Below, piece by piece: positions 14,496 through 24,027 of a DNA stretch of 64,000 nt (the first letter of the stretch is position 1; every line of letters begins with the position of its first letter). A program made the position numbers and the translations under genes. A model generated the notes under the pieces. It made no database searches. It was not told the origin of the DNA and was given only the letters and a program-made list of their open reading frames with translations. The stretch comes from an uncultured delta proteobacterium (GTDB lineage: Bacteria; Desulfobacterota; Binatia; Binatales; Binataceae), in the NCBI GenBank assembly GCA_963711565.1, contig CAVQEQ010000004.1:416001-480000 (forward strand), read 5' to 3'.

Positions 14496-16013
14496 ATGCG
14501 GGTCCTATTCGTACATCCGAGTCCGCTTATGTACAGCGAGATTTATTTGCGGCTCGAACCGCTGGGAATGGAGCGGGTCGCGGCGGCAACGCGTGCGGCC
14601 GGCCACGACGTGAGGATTCTCGATCTGCAGATTTTCAAGCATCGCGACCTGTTCGCCGAGCTCGAGAGCTTCAAGCCGAATGCGGTCGGCTTCTCGCTGA
14701 ATTATCTCGCCAATGTGCCCGAGGTGATCGATCTCGCCAAGGACGTGAAGCGCCTGATGAAGGACTGCTTCGTCTTCACGGGCGGGCATAGCGGCTCGTT
14801 CGTCGCGGACGAGATTTTGGAGCATGCGAACGGCGCGATCGACGCGATTATCCGTGGCGAGGGCGAGACTGCGACTCCGATGTTGCTCGACGCGATCGGC
14901 AGCGGATCGATCGGCAAAGTTCCGGGCGTACTGACGACGCAAGGGTCGGGGCCGACGCCAGTGATGCTCGACGATCTCGACAAGTTTTTTCCCGCGCGCG
15001 ACTTGGGGCGGCGGCGCAACAAATATTTTATCGGCGTGCTCGATCCGTGCGCGTCGATCGAGTTCACGCGCGGATGCCCGTGGGACTGCTCGTTCTGCAG
15101 CGCGTGGACTTTCTACGGCCGCAGCTATCGCAAGTCCACGCCGGAAGCGGCCGCGGAAGACATGCTGTCGATCAAAGAACCCAACGTCTTCATCGTCGAT
15201 GACGTCGCGTTTATCCATCCCGAGCACGGCTTTGCGATCGGGCATGAAATCGAAAAGCGCAAAATCAAAAAGCAGTACTACCTCGAGACTCGCGCCGACG
15301 TGCTGTGCCGCAATCCGGAAGTGTTCCGGTATTGGCGCAAGCTGGGCATGGAGTACATGTTCCTGGGCCTCGAGGCCATCGACGAAGAGGGGCTGAAGCT
15401 GCATCGCAAGCGATCGTCGATGGGCGTCAACTTCAAGGCGCTCGAAATCGCACGCGAGATCGGTATCACCGTCGCTGTCAACCTGATCGCGGACCCGTCG
15501 TGGGACGTGAAGCGCTTCGAGGTGATTCGCGAATGGGCGATCAGCATCCCGGAGATCGTTCATCTGACGGTGGCGACACCATATCCCGGCACGGAGCTGT
15601 GGTTCACCGAATCGCGCAAGTTGACGACGCTCGACTACCGGCTCTACGACATCCAGCACGCGGTGCTGCCGACCAAGCTGCCGCTGCTGCAGTTCTACCA
15701 GGAGCTGGTGAAGACGCAGGACGTGCTGAACAAAAAGCATCTGGGGTTCGCGGCGCTGAAGTCGGTGGCGTCGATTGCGGGCAAGCTCGCGCTGAAGGGG
15801 CAGACCAACTTCCTCAAGATGCTGTGGAAGTTCAACAGCGTGTACAACCCGGAGCGGCAGTTCGCCGAGCATTCGAAGGAAGTGAAGTACTCGATGCGGC
15901 CGCCGTCGATGCATACCGACGGACGTCCAACGGCCGACAAGCTGTACATCCACATGCCGAAGCCGTCACGTCCGGCGGCGGCTGCAGCTACGCTGGCAGC
16001 CGGTGGCAGGTGA
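14496..16013 (+). CDS. hpnR: B12-binding radical SAM methyltransferase, probable hopanoid C-3 methylase
   Basis: N-terminus VHPSPLMYSEIYLRLEPLG is characteristic of HpnR; cobalamin-binding domain; CPWDCSFC radical SAM motif. Confidence 0.8.
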   Translation: MRVLFVHPSPLMYSEIYLRLEPLGMERVAAATRAAGHDVRILDLQIFKHRDLFAELESFKPNAVGFSLNYLANVPEVIDLAKDVKRLMKDCFVFTGGHSGSFVADEILEHANGAIDAIIRGEGETATPMLLDAIGSGSIGKVPGVLTTQGSGPTPVMLDDLDKFFPARDLGRRRNKYFIGVLDPCASIEFTRGCPWDCSFCSAWTFYGRSYRKSTPEAAAEDMLSIKEPNVFIVDDVAFIHPEHGFAIGHEIEKRKIKKQYYLETRADVLCRNPEVFRYWRKLGMEYMFLGLEAIDEEGLKLHRKRSSMGVNFKALEIAREIGITVAVNLIADPSWDVKRFEVIREWAISIPEIVHLTVATPYPGTELWFTESRKLTTLDYRLYDIQHAVLPTKLPLLQFYQELVKTQDVLNKKHLGFAALKSVASIAGKLALKGQTNFLKMLWKFNSVYNPERQFAEHSKEVKYSMRPPSMHTDGRPTADKLYIHMPKPSRPAAAAATLAAGGR

Positions 16014-16048
16014 GGTAGCAGACAATTTGTGCTACAGTCGAAGACGCG

Positions 16049-16255
16049 ATGAAGCTGAGAGTTGAGTTCGATCGGGAAACAGACGGTCGCTGGATCGCCG
16101 AGGTTCCCGAGTTGGCGGGCGTGCTGGCGTACGGCAAGACCCGCGCGCAGGCGCTCGCGGCGGTTGAGGCTCTGGCGCTACGCGTTATCGCCGATCGCAT
16201 CGAGAATGGCGAGCTTGAACCCGTCCCGTCGAGCTTGATGTTCGAAGCTGCGTGA
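16049..16255 (+). CDS. hicB: Short HicB family antitoxin
   Basis: DGRWIAEVPELAGVLAYGKTRAQAL. Confidence 0.85.
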   Translation: MKLRVEFDRETDGRWIAEVPELAGVLAYGKTRAQALAAVEALALRVIADRIENGELEPVPSSLMFEAA

Positions 16256-16464
16256 GTGACTGGCCCTCCGCCAAGGCTCGTCGAGTAGTTGCGGCTTTGC
16301 TTCGAGCAGGCTGGAGCATCAAGCGCACCCGCGGTTCTCATCGCATACTTCAGCGTTCAGGGTTTTCGGATGTCGTCTTTGCCTTTCACGACAATGACGA
16401 AATCGGCCCGCGCATGCTGGCGAAGATAGCCAAGGTCACCGGCCTGCGTCCTGAAGATCTCTGA
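16252..16464 (+). CDS. hicA: HicA family toxin
   Basis: GWSIKRTRGSH...HDNDEIGPRMLAKI; 4-nt overlap with hicB. Confidence 0.88.
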   Translation: MSDWPSAKARRVVAALLRAGWSIKRTRGSHRILQRSGFSDVVFAFHDNDEIGPRMLAKIAKVTGLRPEDL

Positions 16465-16570
16465 GACGACGAGGATTCGGTTTCATGCTACCTGTCTCTA
16501 GACAAACAAACTGACGGGCCAGATAGGAGTCGTACCTCCTCGCCGCTACCCTCAAATTCCCCCGAAGGAA

Positions 16571-16680
16571 CCTGAGAGCGAAATGGCGTCCGCGCCATTT
16601 CGCTCTGAGCCTTCTTCTTCCTGACAGTGGGTGCAGGGGTCACCCCTGCCCAAGGAGGTGCGGAACCAACGGTGGGTTCC
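16571..16680 (+). repeat. Family B repeat with flanking hairpins
   Basis: 14-bp perfect stem at 16575-16606, core GGGTGCAGGGGTCACCCCTGCC, and hairpin GGAACCAACGGTGGGTTCC similar to AAACCCACGGTGGGTTT at 4347-4363. Confidence 0.7.
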
Positions 16681-16698
16681 GAATACAATTAGGTTTCT

Positions 16699-17586
16699 TC
16701 AGTTCTCGATCGATTCCTGCGCATTCCTCAGCGCGTTGAACACCACCAGGGGCACGCGCAGGCGGGCGTCGGACTCGTAGATTGCGCGCAGGTCGGCGAA
16801 CTTGTCGTCGCCGGCGAGCGTCAGCGCCGCGACGCGGTCGAGCAGCGTGCGCTTCTCGTCAGTCAGGGAGTCGTCGCCCATCTCCATCAAGCCCCAGACG
16901 TCCCACGGCAGCATCTCCATCCGGTTGAGCGAGGCGAGGTCGCGCAGCACGTTGCCGGCGATGAACCACGAGCCGCTCTCGTGGATATGCGTGAGGCCGA
17001 AGAGGGCGGGATCGGCGAGACCGGAGCGGCACATCTGCCATGCGTCGCCGGCGATGATGAACTTGTTGCGCGGCGTGTCGAGCGGATTGAAATCTATGCG
17101 AAGGGCTTTGCGCTGGATCGCGTCGAGCTGCGCGTCCACCAATGTCCAGCGCTTCTGGGCGGCGTTCCAATACTCGCAGACCCAATGGTCCTCGAACTTG
17201 CCGCGGGTGAAGTATGCGCCGAAGCCGCATCGCGGGCGCGCGGGAACGTTCTGGGCGCGCAGGATCGAGCAGAGCATCAGCGAGAAATGACGGCATACGC
17301 TGGGCAGCCGATGACCTACATCGCGCGCGGTCGTGAGCGGCCGCGCGTCGAGTTCGCGGATGCGCGCCAACATTTGCGCGATCGGGCGAATGTGGCCGTC
17401 GTCGCGCTGCGCTTCGGACAGCGTGAGGCCGTAGAGCCAGGGCGCGATGTCGCGATGAATCAGCACGCCTTGCACGATTTCGCATAGCGACGCGAGGTCA
17501 GTGGGTAGTGCGCGGACTTCGTCCGCATGGGCTCCCAGAGCCGTCATGGGGCCGGTGCTTTTGTAGTACTCATGAGGATTTTGCAT
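16699..17586 (-). CDS. Transglutaminase-like domain protein
   Basis: Cys-His-Asp triad pattern: VCRHFS, DHWVCEYW and LVDAQ. Confidence 0.85.
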   Translation of the reverse strand: MQNPHEYYKSTGPMTALGAHADEVRALPTDLASLCEIVQGVLIHRDIAPWLYGLTLSEAQRDDGHIRPIAQMLARIRELDARPLTTARDVGHRLPSVCRHFSLMLCSILRAQNVPARPRCGFGAYFTRGKFEDHWVCEYWNAAQKRWTLVDAQLDAIQRKALRIDFNPLDTPRNKFIIAGDAWQMCRSGLADPALFGLTHIHESGSWFIAGNVLRDLASLNRMEMLPWDVWGLMEMGDDSLTDEKRTLLDRVAALTLAGDDKFADLRAIYESDARLRVPLVVFNALRNAQESIEN

Positions 17587-17619
17587 TTTTAAGACTCCTT
17601 AAGAGAGCGGGACTTGGAC

Positions 17620-17883
17620 CTCACGCTGCCCTTCTTTGGAAGAACGGAACAGGGGCCACGGGTTAGGGGATTTCGGCGCTGCGTACGCAGAACCCTAACC
17701 CCTAGCCCCTTCCCCGGAAAGAACGGGGAAGGGGAATATCGGTAATAGGAATCGTGGTGTCCTATCCCCCTGGCCCCCTTTCCAGGCTGGAAAGGGGGAA
17801 TGAAGGGCAGGAACCTTCACCCACACCGGACCCACCCCACGGAGCCAACCCTTTCCAGGCTGGAAAGGGGGAATGAAGGGCAG
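17620..17883. repeat. Cluster of family D-related hairpin repeats
   Basis: GAACCCTAACCCCTAGCCCCTTCCCC...GGGGAAGGGGAA at about 17690-17735, plus two identical 35-bp copies at 17776-17810 and 17849-17883. Confidence 0.75.
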
Positions 17884-17926
17884 CACGCGGCTTTGAAGCT
17901 GACGATTCTGCGAGGGGTTCATTCGG

Positions 17927-18175
17927 TCACACGGGCGCGTCGTTGACGGATTCGAGGTAGCGCGCGAGCTTACCGAGCGAGCATTCCCAGCCCGGTCGGA
18001 CGCTCGAATCGGAAATCTCTTCGATTGAGGAGCGGGCCTCCGCAATCGCGTCGGACTCGCTGGCGGCTGCGCCAATCATGCCGTTGCGATTGGTATTGTC
18101 AACCAGCCAGAACCAGCTCTGCTGCGCATTCCACACTTCGAAGCCGATGCCCAAATGATTTTTGCTGATTCGCAT
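17927..18175 (-). CDS. Small hypothetical protein
   Basis: 82-aa ORF with GAGGA RBS and protein-like composition, co-oriented with the upstream operon. Confidence 0.55.
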   Translation of the reverse strand: MRISKNHLGIGFEVWNAQQSWFWLVDNTNRNGMIGAAASESDAIAEARSSIEEISDSSVRPGWECSLGKLARYLESVNDAPV

Positions 18176-18256
18176 TGGTTCATCCTCGCCGGTTTTTCAT
18201 TCGAACTGCTTCATCGCCTGCTATCTAGTCGTTCGACGGACCTCGAAATCGACAGC

Positions 18257-18541
18257 TCACCCGCCTGACAGCGCCGGGTAAATCCACACTTCAGAATCGT
18301 TCGAGACCTGCGTTAAACCGCCTTGCATGAAGCGCACGTTCTCGCCGTTGACGAAAACGTTGACGTGGCGCCGGATGTTGTTTTGATCGTCGAGCACGCG
18401 CTGCCGGATTGCGGGATAGTCGCGGCCGAGCATCACGAACGCGTCGCCGACGGTCATGCGCACGTCGGCTGGGAGCCGCAGCTCGACGACTTCGTGGTCG
18501 CGGGCAAATCGACGCAGCGCAGATGGCAGGTGAATGAGCAT
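18257..18541 (-). CDS. MoaD/ThiS family ubiquitin-like protein
   Basis: RRHVNVFVNGENVR and C-terminal PALSGG di-glycine. Confidence 0.88.
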   Translation of the reverse strand: MLIHLPSALRRFARDHEVVELRLPADVRMTVGDAFVMLGRDYPAIRQRVLDDQNNIRRHVNVFVNGENVRFMQGGLTQVSNDSEVWIYPALSGG

Positions 18542-18549
18542 CACGATAC

Positions 18550-19674
18550 TCAGGCGACCTCGGCCGCTTTGACGCACAGCACGGCGGGCAGCCAGTCGGC
18601 GATCGAATTCCAGCTTTCGCCCTCGTCGCGCGAGGCGAACAGTTGGCCGCCGCGCGTGCCGAAGTAGAGCCCCGCGGGATCGAGGCTGTCGGACGTGAAC
18701 GCGTCGCGCAGCACCGAGAAGTAGCAATCGCGCCGGGGAAGTCCGTTGCCGAGCGGCTCCCATGATGCGCCGGCGTCGCGCGTGCGCCAGACCTTGACCG
18801 CGCCTTCGAGCGGCACGCGAAAGGTATCCGACTCGAGCGGTATCAGATACGCGGTGTCGCCGCGGCTCGGATGTGCGACCAGCGGAAAGCCGAACTCCGA
18901 TGGCAGCCCCTGGTGGATATCGATCCACGAATCGCCGCCGTCGTCGCTACGATAAACGCCGGGATGATTCTGGAGGTAAATGCGCGCGGGATTTTTCGCA
19001 TCGTAACGCATCTTGTGTGCGCATTGCGGACCGAAATGCGGCGCGTGCGGCGGGCCGCCTTCCATCTTCACTCCCTTGTTGCGGCGCGTCCACGATTCAC
19101 CGCCGTCGTCGCTGCGATACATCCCGGCCGACGAGATGCCGACCATGATGCGCTTGGTATCGCGCGGGTCGGGCAGGATCGTATGCAGGCAGAGGCCGCC
19201 CGCGCCGGGCATCCAGTACGGGCGCTCCGGATGATTGAGCAGGGACTCGACCGGACGAAACGTTTCGCCGCGATCGTCCGAGCGATAGAGCGCGGCGGGA
19301 TCGGCGCCCGCGAAGACCACGTCACGGCCGATGAGCGGCGCGGGCTCGAGCGCCCACACCGCGTTCAGGGCGAGACCGCTGCCGGCGGGGAACTTCACGT
19401 TGCCGTCGTCAGGCTCGTGCCAGCTCGCGCCGAAATCGTCGGACCAGCTTACGAGCGCGCCCCAATGCATACTCATGTTGCCCACGAGGATGCGTGGCGC
19501 TCGATTGTCGGGGAGGTAGGCAGTTGAAAAGACCGCCTGACCTTTGAAGTAAGGGCCGGCGATTTGGAACCGGCGGCGATCGCGATCGCTGCGAAAGATG
19601 AAGACGCCCTTCACGGTGCCGACAATCAGAAGCAGGTCGCCGCTTTGCGGGGTGATCGAATTGGCGTGATCCAT
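18550..19674 (-). CDS. BNR/Asp-box repeat beta-propeller (sialidase-like) protein
   Basis: Multiple SxDxGxSW Asp boxes; no signal peptide. Confidence 0.85.
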   Translation of the reverse strand: MDHANSITPQSGDLLLIVGTVKGVFIFRSDRDRRRFQIAGPYFKGQAVFSTAYLPDNRAPRILVGNMSMHWGALVSWSDDFGASWHEPDDGNVKFPAGSGLALNAVWALEPAPLIGRDVVFAGADPAALYRSDDRGETFRPVESLLNHPERPYWMPGAGGLCLHTILPDPRDTKRIMVGISSAGMYRSDDGGESWTRRNKGVKMEGGPPHAPHFGPQCAHKMRYDAKNPARIYLQNHPGVYRSDDGGDSWIDIHQGLPSEFGFPLVAHPSRGDTAYLIPLESDTFRVPLEGAVKVWRTRDAGASWEPLGNGLPRRDCYFSVLRDAFTSDSLDPAGLYFGTRGGQLFASRDEGESWNSIADWLPAVLCVKAAEVA

Positions 19675-19699
19675 AGTTATCTCCACGATGCGCCGGCCT

Positions 19700-20176
19700 C
19701 TAGCTGACGGTCGCCAGATATTCCGCCAAATTATCGAAGGTGCTGGTCCATCCTTCGTTGTGAAGGTCGCGCGCGGTGACCGACTCGAAGATGGCGTTGT
19801 GCAATGTGAGCCTGGTCTTGCCGCCGACATCCTCGAACAGCAGGGTCAGCGTGGTCTCGGGGCGGGTGGGATTGCCGTCAGCATCGGCCCAGCTCCCGAC
19901 CATGACGAGCCGCTCCGGCGGGATAACCTCGCGATAGACGCCCTGCGTCCAATGGTCGTCCTTGTCGGGGCCGAGCATGTGGATTCGATAGGCGCCGCCG
20001 GGGCGCAGATCGTTTTTGAGTACGGTGCTCTTGAATCCTTGCGGACCCCACCAGCGCGCCATGTGCTCGGACTCGGTCCATGCTTTGAAGACGAGGCTGC
20101 GCGGCGCGTCGAAGATGCGCGTGATTTTCAGGACGCGATCGGCGGGCTCGGTGATGAGATTGGCTGCTGTTCCCAT
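19700..20176 (-). CDS. SRPBCC/AHSA1 family protein
   Basis: ITRIFDAPRSLVFKAWT and DLRPGG. Confidence 0.9.
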   Translation of the reverse strand: MGTAANLITEPADRVLKITRIFDAPRSLVFKAWTESEHMARWWGPQGFKSTVLKNDLRPGGAYRIHMLGPDKDDHWTQGVYREVIPPERLVMVGSWADADGNPTRPETTLTLLFEDVGGKTRLTLHNAIFESVTARDLHNEGWTSTFDNLAEYLATVS

Positions 20177-20215
20177 GATTTCTTCTCCTTCAGTCGGATG
20201 TTGTAGTTAATTCCG

Positions 20216-20737
20216 TCAGGCCTTCGCCAGGTATTCGTCGAGCAGGTCGAGCGAATTGTTGAAGCCTTCTTCCATCGCGTCGGCCAGTTTGTTGAACGCC
20301 GCGCGCTGAGCCGGCGTTTCGTTTATCGGGACCGACCGCAGCTCGAGCGTCGTTCGTCCCGCGTGCTCGGTAAACCTCGACGTGGTCAGCATTTCGGGCG
20401 GCAGGCTGGGGTCGTACGGATGCGGGATCGGCTTGCCGGTGTCGTCGGTCGAGAAATGCACGACGACCAGCAGCTCGGGCGCGACGATCTCGCGATAGAC
20501 CCATTTGCCGCGCACCTCGCGGCCGTCCGGCATCCGCATGACGTAGAGAAAGGCGCCGCCCGGCCGCAGGTCTAGCTCCAGGACGCGCGTCGTGAAGCCC
20601 TTCATGCCCCACCATTGCGCCATCCGCTCGCGCTCGGTGAAGGCTTTCCACACTAGGGCGCGCGGCGCGTCGAAGACACGCGTGAAAACGATCTCCCGAG
20701 CGGCGGACTCGGCGGCGGCGCTATTTCTTGCGGCCAT
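20216..20737 (-). CDS. SRPBCC/AHSA1 family protein
   Basis: FTRVFDAPRALVWKAFT and DLRPGG; tandem paralog of 19700-20176. Confidence 0.9.
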   Translation of the reverse strand: MAARNSAAAESAAREIVFTRVFDAPRALVWKAFTERERMAQWWGMKGFTTRVLELDLRPGGAFLYVMRMPDGREVRGKWVYREIVAPELLVVVHFSTDDTGKPIPHPYDPSLPPEMLTTSRFTEHAGRTTLELRSVPINETPAQRAAFNKLADAMEEGFNNSLDLLDEYLAKA

Positions 20738-21101
20738 TTTTCTTCTCCTTCTTTTTCGATTCGCTCTTCTGCAGCTCGCGCAGATAATCCTCGAGGCGAT
20801 CGAAGCTCTCCTCCCAGAAACGGCGGTAGCGATCGAGCCAGTCAGACGCGTCCTTGAGCGGACGCGCGGCGAGGCGGCACGGACGCCATTGCGCCTCGCG
20901 TCCGCGCTCGATCAGGCCGGCGCGCTGCAGCACTTTCAGATGCTTGGAGATGGCGGGCATGCTCATTTCGAACGGCTCAGCCAGCTCGGAGACGGAAGTC
21001 TCGCCCGAGGCGAGGCGGGCGAGAATCGCGCGGCGGGTGGGATCGGCAAGGGCCGCGAAAGTCGCGTTGAGGTGCTCGGACGATGTGTGCTGCTGAACCA
21101 T
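20721..21101 (-). CDS. ArsR/SmtB family transcriptional regulator
   Basis: FAALADPTRRAIL and AISKHLKVL. Confidence 0.93.
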   Translation of the reverse strand: MVQQHTSSEHLNATFAALADPTRRAILARLASGETSVSELAEPFEMSMPAISKHLKVLQRAGLIERGREAQWRPCRLAARPLKDASDWLDRYRRFWEESFDRLEDYLRELQKSESKKKEKKNGRKK

Positions 21102-21124
21102 TCAGTTAAATAACCTAGTGGTTA
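21096..21124. promoter_or_regulatory. Tandem palindromic operator candidates for the ArsR regulator
   Basis: AACCATTCAGTT and TAACCTAGTGGTTA overlap or precede the arsR start. Confidence 0.55.
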
Positions 21125-21171
21125 AATACAACGGGAGCGCGCATGTGTCAAGCGCGGCCCCGACTATTTCT

Positions 21172-22059
21172 TCAGATCGATTTGTACCAGTCGGCGAGCG
21201 CGCGTCCGATCTCGTGCGGCGAATCTTCCTGGATGAAGTGGACGCCCTTGACGGTCACCTCGCGCTGATTAGGCCATCGGCGGCAATACTCGCGCTGTGC
21301 GCCGGTCAGGATGGCGCCGGGGTCGGCGTTGATGAACAACTTGGGCGTAGCGGTCTTTTCGAGCCACTTCGAATAGCTGTCCGCGATTGCGACGACGTCG
21401 GCGGGCTCGCCGTCGAGAGGAATCTCGCGCGGCCACGAGAGCGTCGGGCGCCGCGACTCGCCCGGCTCGATGAAGGGCTTGCGATACGCGTTCATCTCGT
21501 CGTCCGTGAGCTTGCGCATGATGCTGCCGGGCAGGATGCGCTCGACGAAAATATTATTCTTCAGAATCATCTCGTCGCCGGCAGGACTGCGGAGCGCCTT
21601 GAAGATAGGGACCGCCGGCTGCGACCATTCCGACCATTGCAGAGGCCTGACGATCGCCTCCATGTACGCGATGCCCTTGACGGCCTCGGGATGCCGCGCG
21701 GCCCAGTGAAAACCGAGCGCACTGCCCCAGTCGTGCACGACCAGCGTGACGTTGCGCTTGAGATTCAGGCCCTCGAAGAAGGCGTCGAGATGGCGGGCGT
21801 GATCTTCGAAGCGATATGCGCCGGTCGCAGACGGACCCGACGCGCCCATTCCAATCAGATCCGGCGCGACGCATCGCGCGAGCGGCGCGAGGTGCGGGAT
21901 GACGTTGCGCCACAGATACGACGAGGTCGGATTACCGTGGAGGAAGACGATTGGATCGCCGGCACCGGTGTCGGCGTACGAAATCCAAGTGTTGATAAGC
22001 TCCAATTTTTTGCGTGGATGCGGATCTTTCTCTGAAATTTGCGTGTCGGTGGTGCTCAT
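21172..22059 (-). CDS. dhaA: Haloalkane dehalogenase
   Basis: FLHGNPTSSYLWRN, VHDWGSALG (nucleophilic Asp) and HFIQEDSP. Confidence 0.9.
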   Translation of the reverse strand: MSTTDTQISEKDPHPRKKLELINTWISYADTGAGDPIVFLHGNPTSSYLWRNVIPHLAPLARCVAPDLIGMGASGPSATGAYRFEDHARHLDAFFEGLNLKRNVTLVVHDWGSALGFHWAARHPEAVKGIAYMEAIVRPLQWSEWSQPAVPIFKALRSPAGDEMILKNNIFVERILPGSIMRKLTDDEMNAYRKPFIEPGESRRPTLSWPREIPLDGEPADVVAIADSYSKWLEKTATPKLFINADPGAILTGAQREYCRRWPNQREVTVKGVHFIQEDSPHEIGRALADWYKSI

Positions 22060-22123
22060 GATTTTCCATTTAGCAGAAAACGGCCACTTGACCTAAGCTG
22101 GCCAATTGGCTAATTTACTGATC

Positions 22124-22756
22124 ATGCGGTCGGAAACTGTTTCAGCCGGTCAGGACGACCGCTCCTTCATCGAAAACGCGCGTCGCGCACAACTGGTCCA
22201 GTGCGCAATCGACGTGATCGCGGAACGCGGATACTCCAACGCCTCGATGTCCGAGATCGCCAAGCGCGCGGGCATAAGCAAGGGTGTGATCTCGTATCAC
22301 TTCGCGGGCAAGCGCGAACTGATCGAACAGGTCGTCAACACGGTGATGGAGAGGGCGAGCGCCGTGATGCTTCCCCGGATATTCGCCGAGCACACCGCCG
22401 CGGGAATGCTGCGCGCGTATATCGAGAGCAACCTTGAGTTTCTGGGTTCTCATAGCAACGACATAGCGGCGGTCACCAACATCGCAGTGGGCGCCCGCGA
22501 CGGCCATGGTAAACCCATGATCGATCTCGCCCTGATGTTCGAGCCAGCAGTGACTGCGCTGGAAAACCTGCTTCGGTCGGGACAGGAAGGCGGTGAGTTC
22601 CGTGAATTCCCGGCCCGAGTGATGGCGGTGACGATCAGGAACGCGATCGACGCGCTCGGAACGCTGTTGACCGCCGACCCCAAACTCGATCTCAAGCTCT
22701 ATGCGAACGAATTGGTAACGCTGTTCAACCTGGCGACTCGCAAATCACCCGCGTAA
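22124..22756 (+). CDS. TetR/AcrR family regulator
   Basis: IAKRAGISKGVISYHF helix-turn-helix. Confidence 0.92.
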   Translation: MRSETVSAGQDDRSFIENARRAQLVQCAIDVIAERGYSNASMSEIAKRAGISKGVISYHFAGKRELIEQVVNTVMERASAVMLPRIFAEHTAAGMLRAYIESNLEFLGSHSNDIAAVTNIAVGARDGHGKPMIDLALMFEPAVTALENLLRSGQEGGEFREFPARVMAVTIRNAIDALGTLLTADPKLDLKLYANELVTLFNLATRKSPA

Positions 22757-22770
22757 CGGAGGTAACTCCA

Positions 22771-24027
22771 ATGGCATCATCGGGAGCAACTCTAATCAGA
22801 CCAGCGGTCGCCGCGCATCGCGACGAGGTGCGGGGCGCCGGCGTCGCGCGACCGGGATACAACGTCGCGCTTGGGTATCTTCGCGGTTTCCTGGTAGTGC
22901 TCGTTCTGGCGCATCATTCGGTGCTCGCGTACATCGATTCGCCGCCGCCGCAGGCCACGTCGCTGCTGGCGCAGCCGCCATATTGGCGCGCCTTCATGGT
23001 GGTGGATAGTCATCACTGGGTGGGATTCAGCATCTTCACCGGCTTCAACGACGATTTTTTCATGTCGCTGATGTTTTTCCTTTCCGGGTTGTTCGTATGG
23101 TCGAGTCTTCAGCGCAAAGGCAACGCCAGCTTCGTCCGCGATCGAATCCGACGCCTCGGCATTCCGTTTCTGTTCGCGGCGGCGATCATCGCTCCGCTCG
23201 CGTACTATCCGTCCTACCTGTTGACGACCGGCGCGCATCCCGTGACCGGTTACATTCACGATTGGCTGTCGTTTGGCGACTGGCCGACGGGACCGGCGTG
23301 GTTCATCTGGCTGCTGCTCGCGTTCGATCTCGTGGGCGCGGCGTTGTTCGCCGTCGCGCCGAACTTTGGTGAGAGGCTCGGCCGCCTCGCGTCTAACGCG
23401 CGCGAGCATCCGGTGCGATTCTTTCTGTTGCTGCTCGCGGCTTCGGCCGCCACATTCATTCCGATGGCGGTCATCTTCGGCCCGTCGGCCTGGACCAGCA
23501 TCGGACCGTTCCAGTTCCAGACCGCGCGTCTGTTTCATTACGCGGTGTATTTTCTCGCGGGCATCGGCGTCGGCGCCTATGGGATCGAGCGCGGCCTGCT
23601 CGCGCCGGACGGGAAACTGGCGTGGCATTGGGGACGCTGGACGCTCTGGATGGTCGTCGCGTTCCTGTTGAGCGTGGTGTTCTTTCTGATCGCGATATCG
23701 AAGAACAGCCCGCTGTCGGCGAACAGCGCGAACCTGATCGGCGGCGCATTCTACGCACTCGCCTGCGCCTCGATATCGTTCGCCTTCCTCGCGCTGTTCG
23801 TGCGCTTCGCGACGCGCCGCCGGTGGATCTACGACAGCCTCAGCGAAAACGAATACGGAATGTACCTGATCCACTATGCGTTCGTGTCGTGGTTGCAGCT
23901 CGCGATTCTGAGCTCGCCGCTCCCGGCGATTGAAAAGGGAATCCTGGTGTTCGCCGGCGTGCTGCTGCTCAGCTGGGGCGCCAGCGCGGCGTTGCGCAGC
24001 ATCCCCGGCGTGTCGCGAATCGTTTAG
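22771..24027 (+). CDS. Membrane acyltransferase (acyltransferase 3 / MdoC-like)
   Basis: LRG...LVLAHH, FFMSLMFFLSG, RRLGIP and YGMYLIH; about 10 TM helices. Confidence 0.85.
   Translation: MASSGATLIRPAVAAHRDEVRGAGVARPGYNVALGYLRGFLVVLVLAHHSVLAYIDSPPPQATSLLAQPPYWRAFMVVDSHHWVGFSIFTGFNDDFFMSLMFFLSGLFVWSSLQRKGNASFVRDRIRRLGIPFLFAAAIIAPLAYYPSYLLTTGAHPVTGYIHDWLSFGDWPTGPAWFIWLLLAFDLVGAALFAVAPNFGERLGRLASNAREHPVRFFLLLLAASAATFIPMAVIFGPSAWTSIGPFQFQTARLFHYAVYFLAGIGVGAYGIERGLLAPDGKLAWHWGRWTLWMVVAFLLSVVFFLIAISKNSPLSANSANLIGGAFYALACASISFAFLALFVRFATRRRWIYDSLSENEYGMYLIHYAFVSWLQLAILSSPLPAIEKGILVFAGVLLLSWGASAALRSIPGVSRIV

Noticed and set aside
17776-17883. Two identical 35-bp palindromic repeats with a 38-bp spacer, resembling a mini CRISPR array
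   Set aside because: There are only two units, no cas genes or AT-rich leader, and the unit is related to the dispersed family D hairpin.
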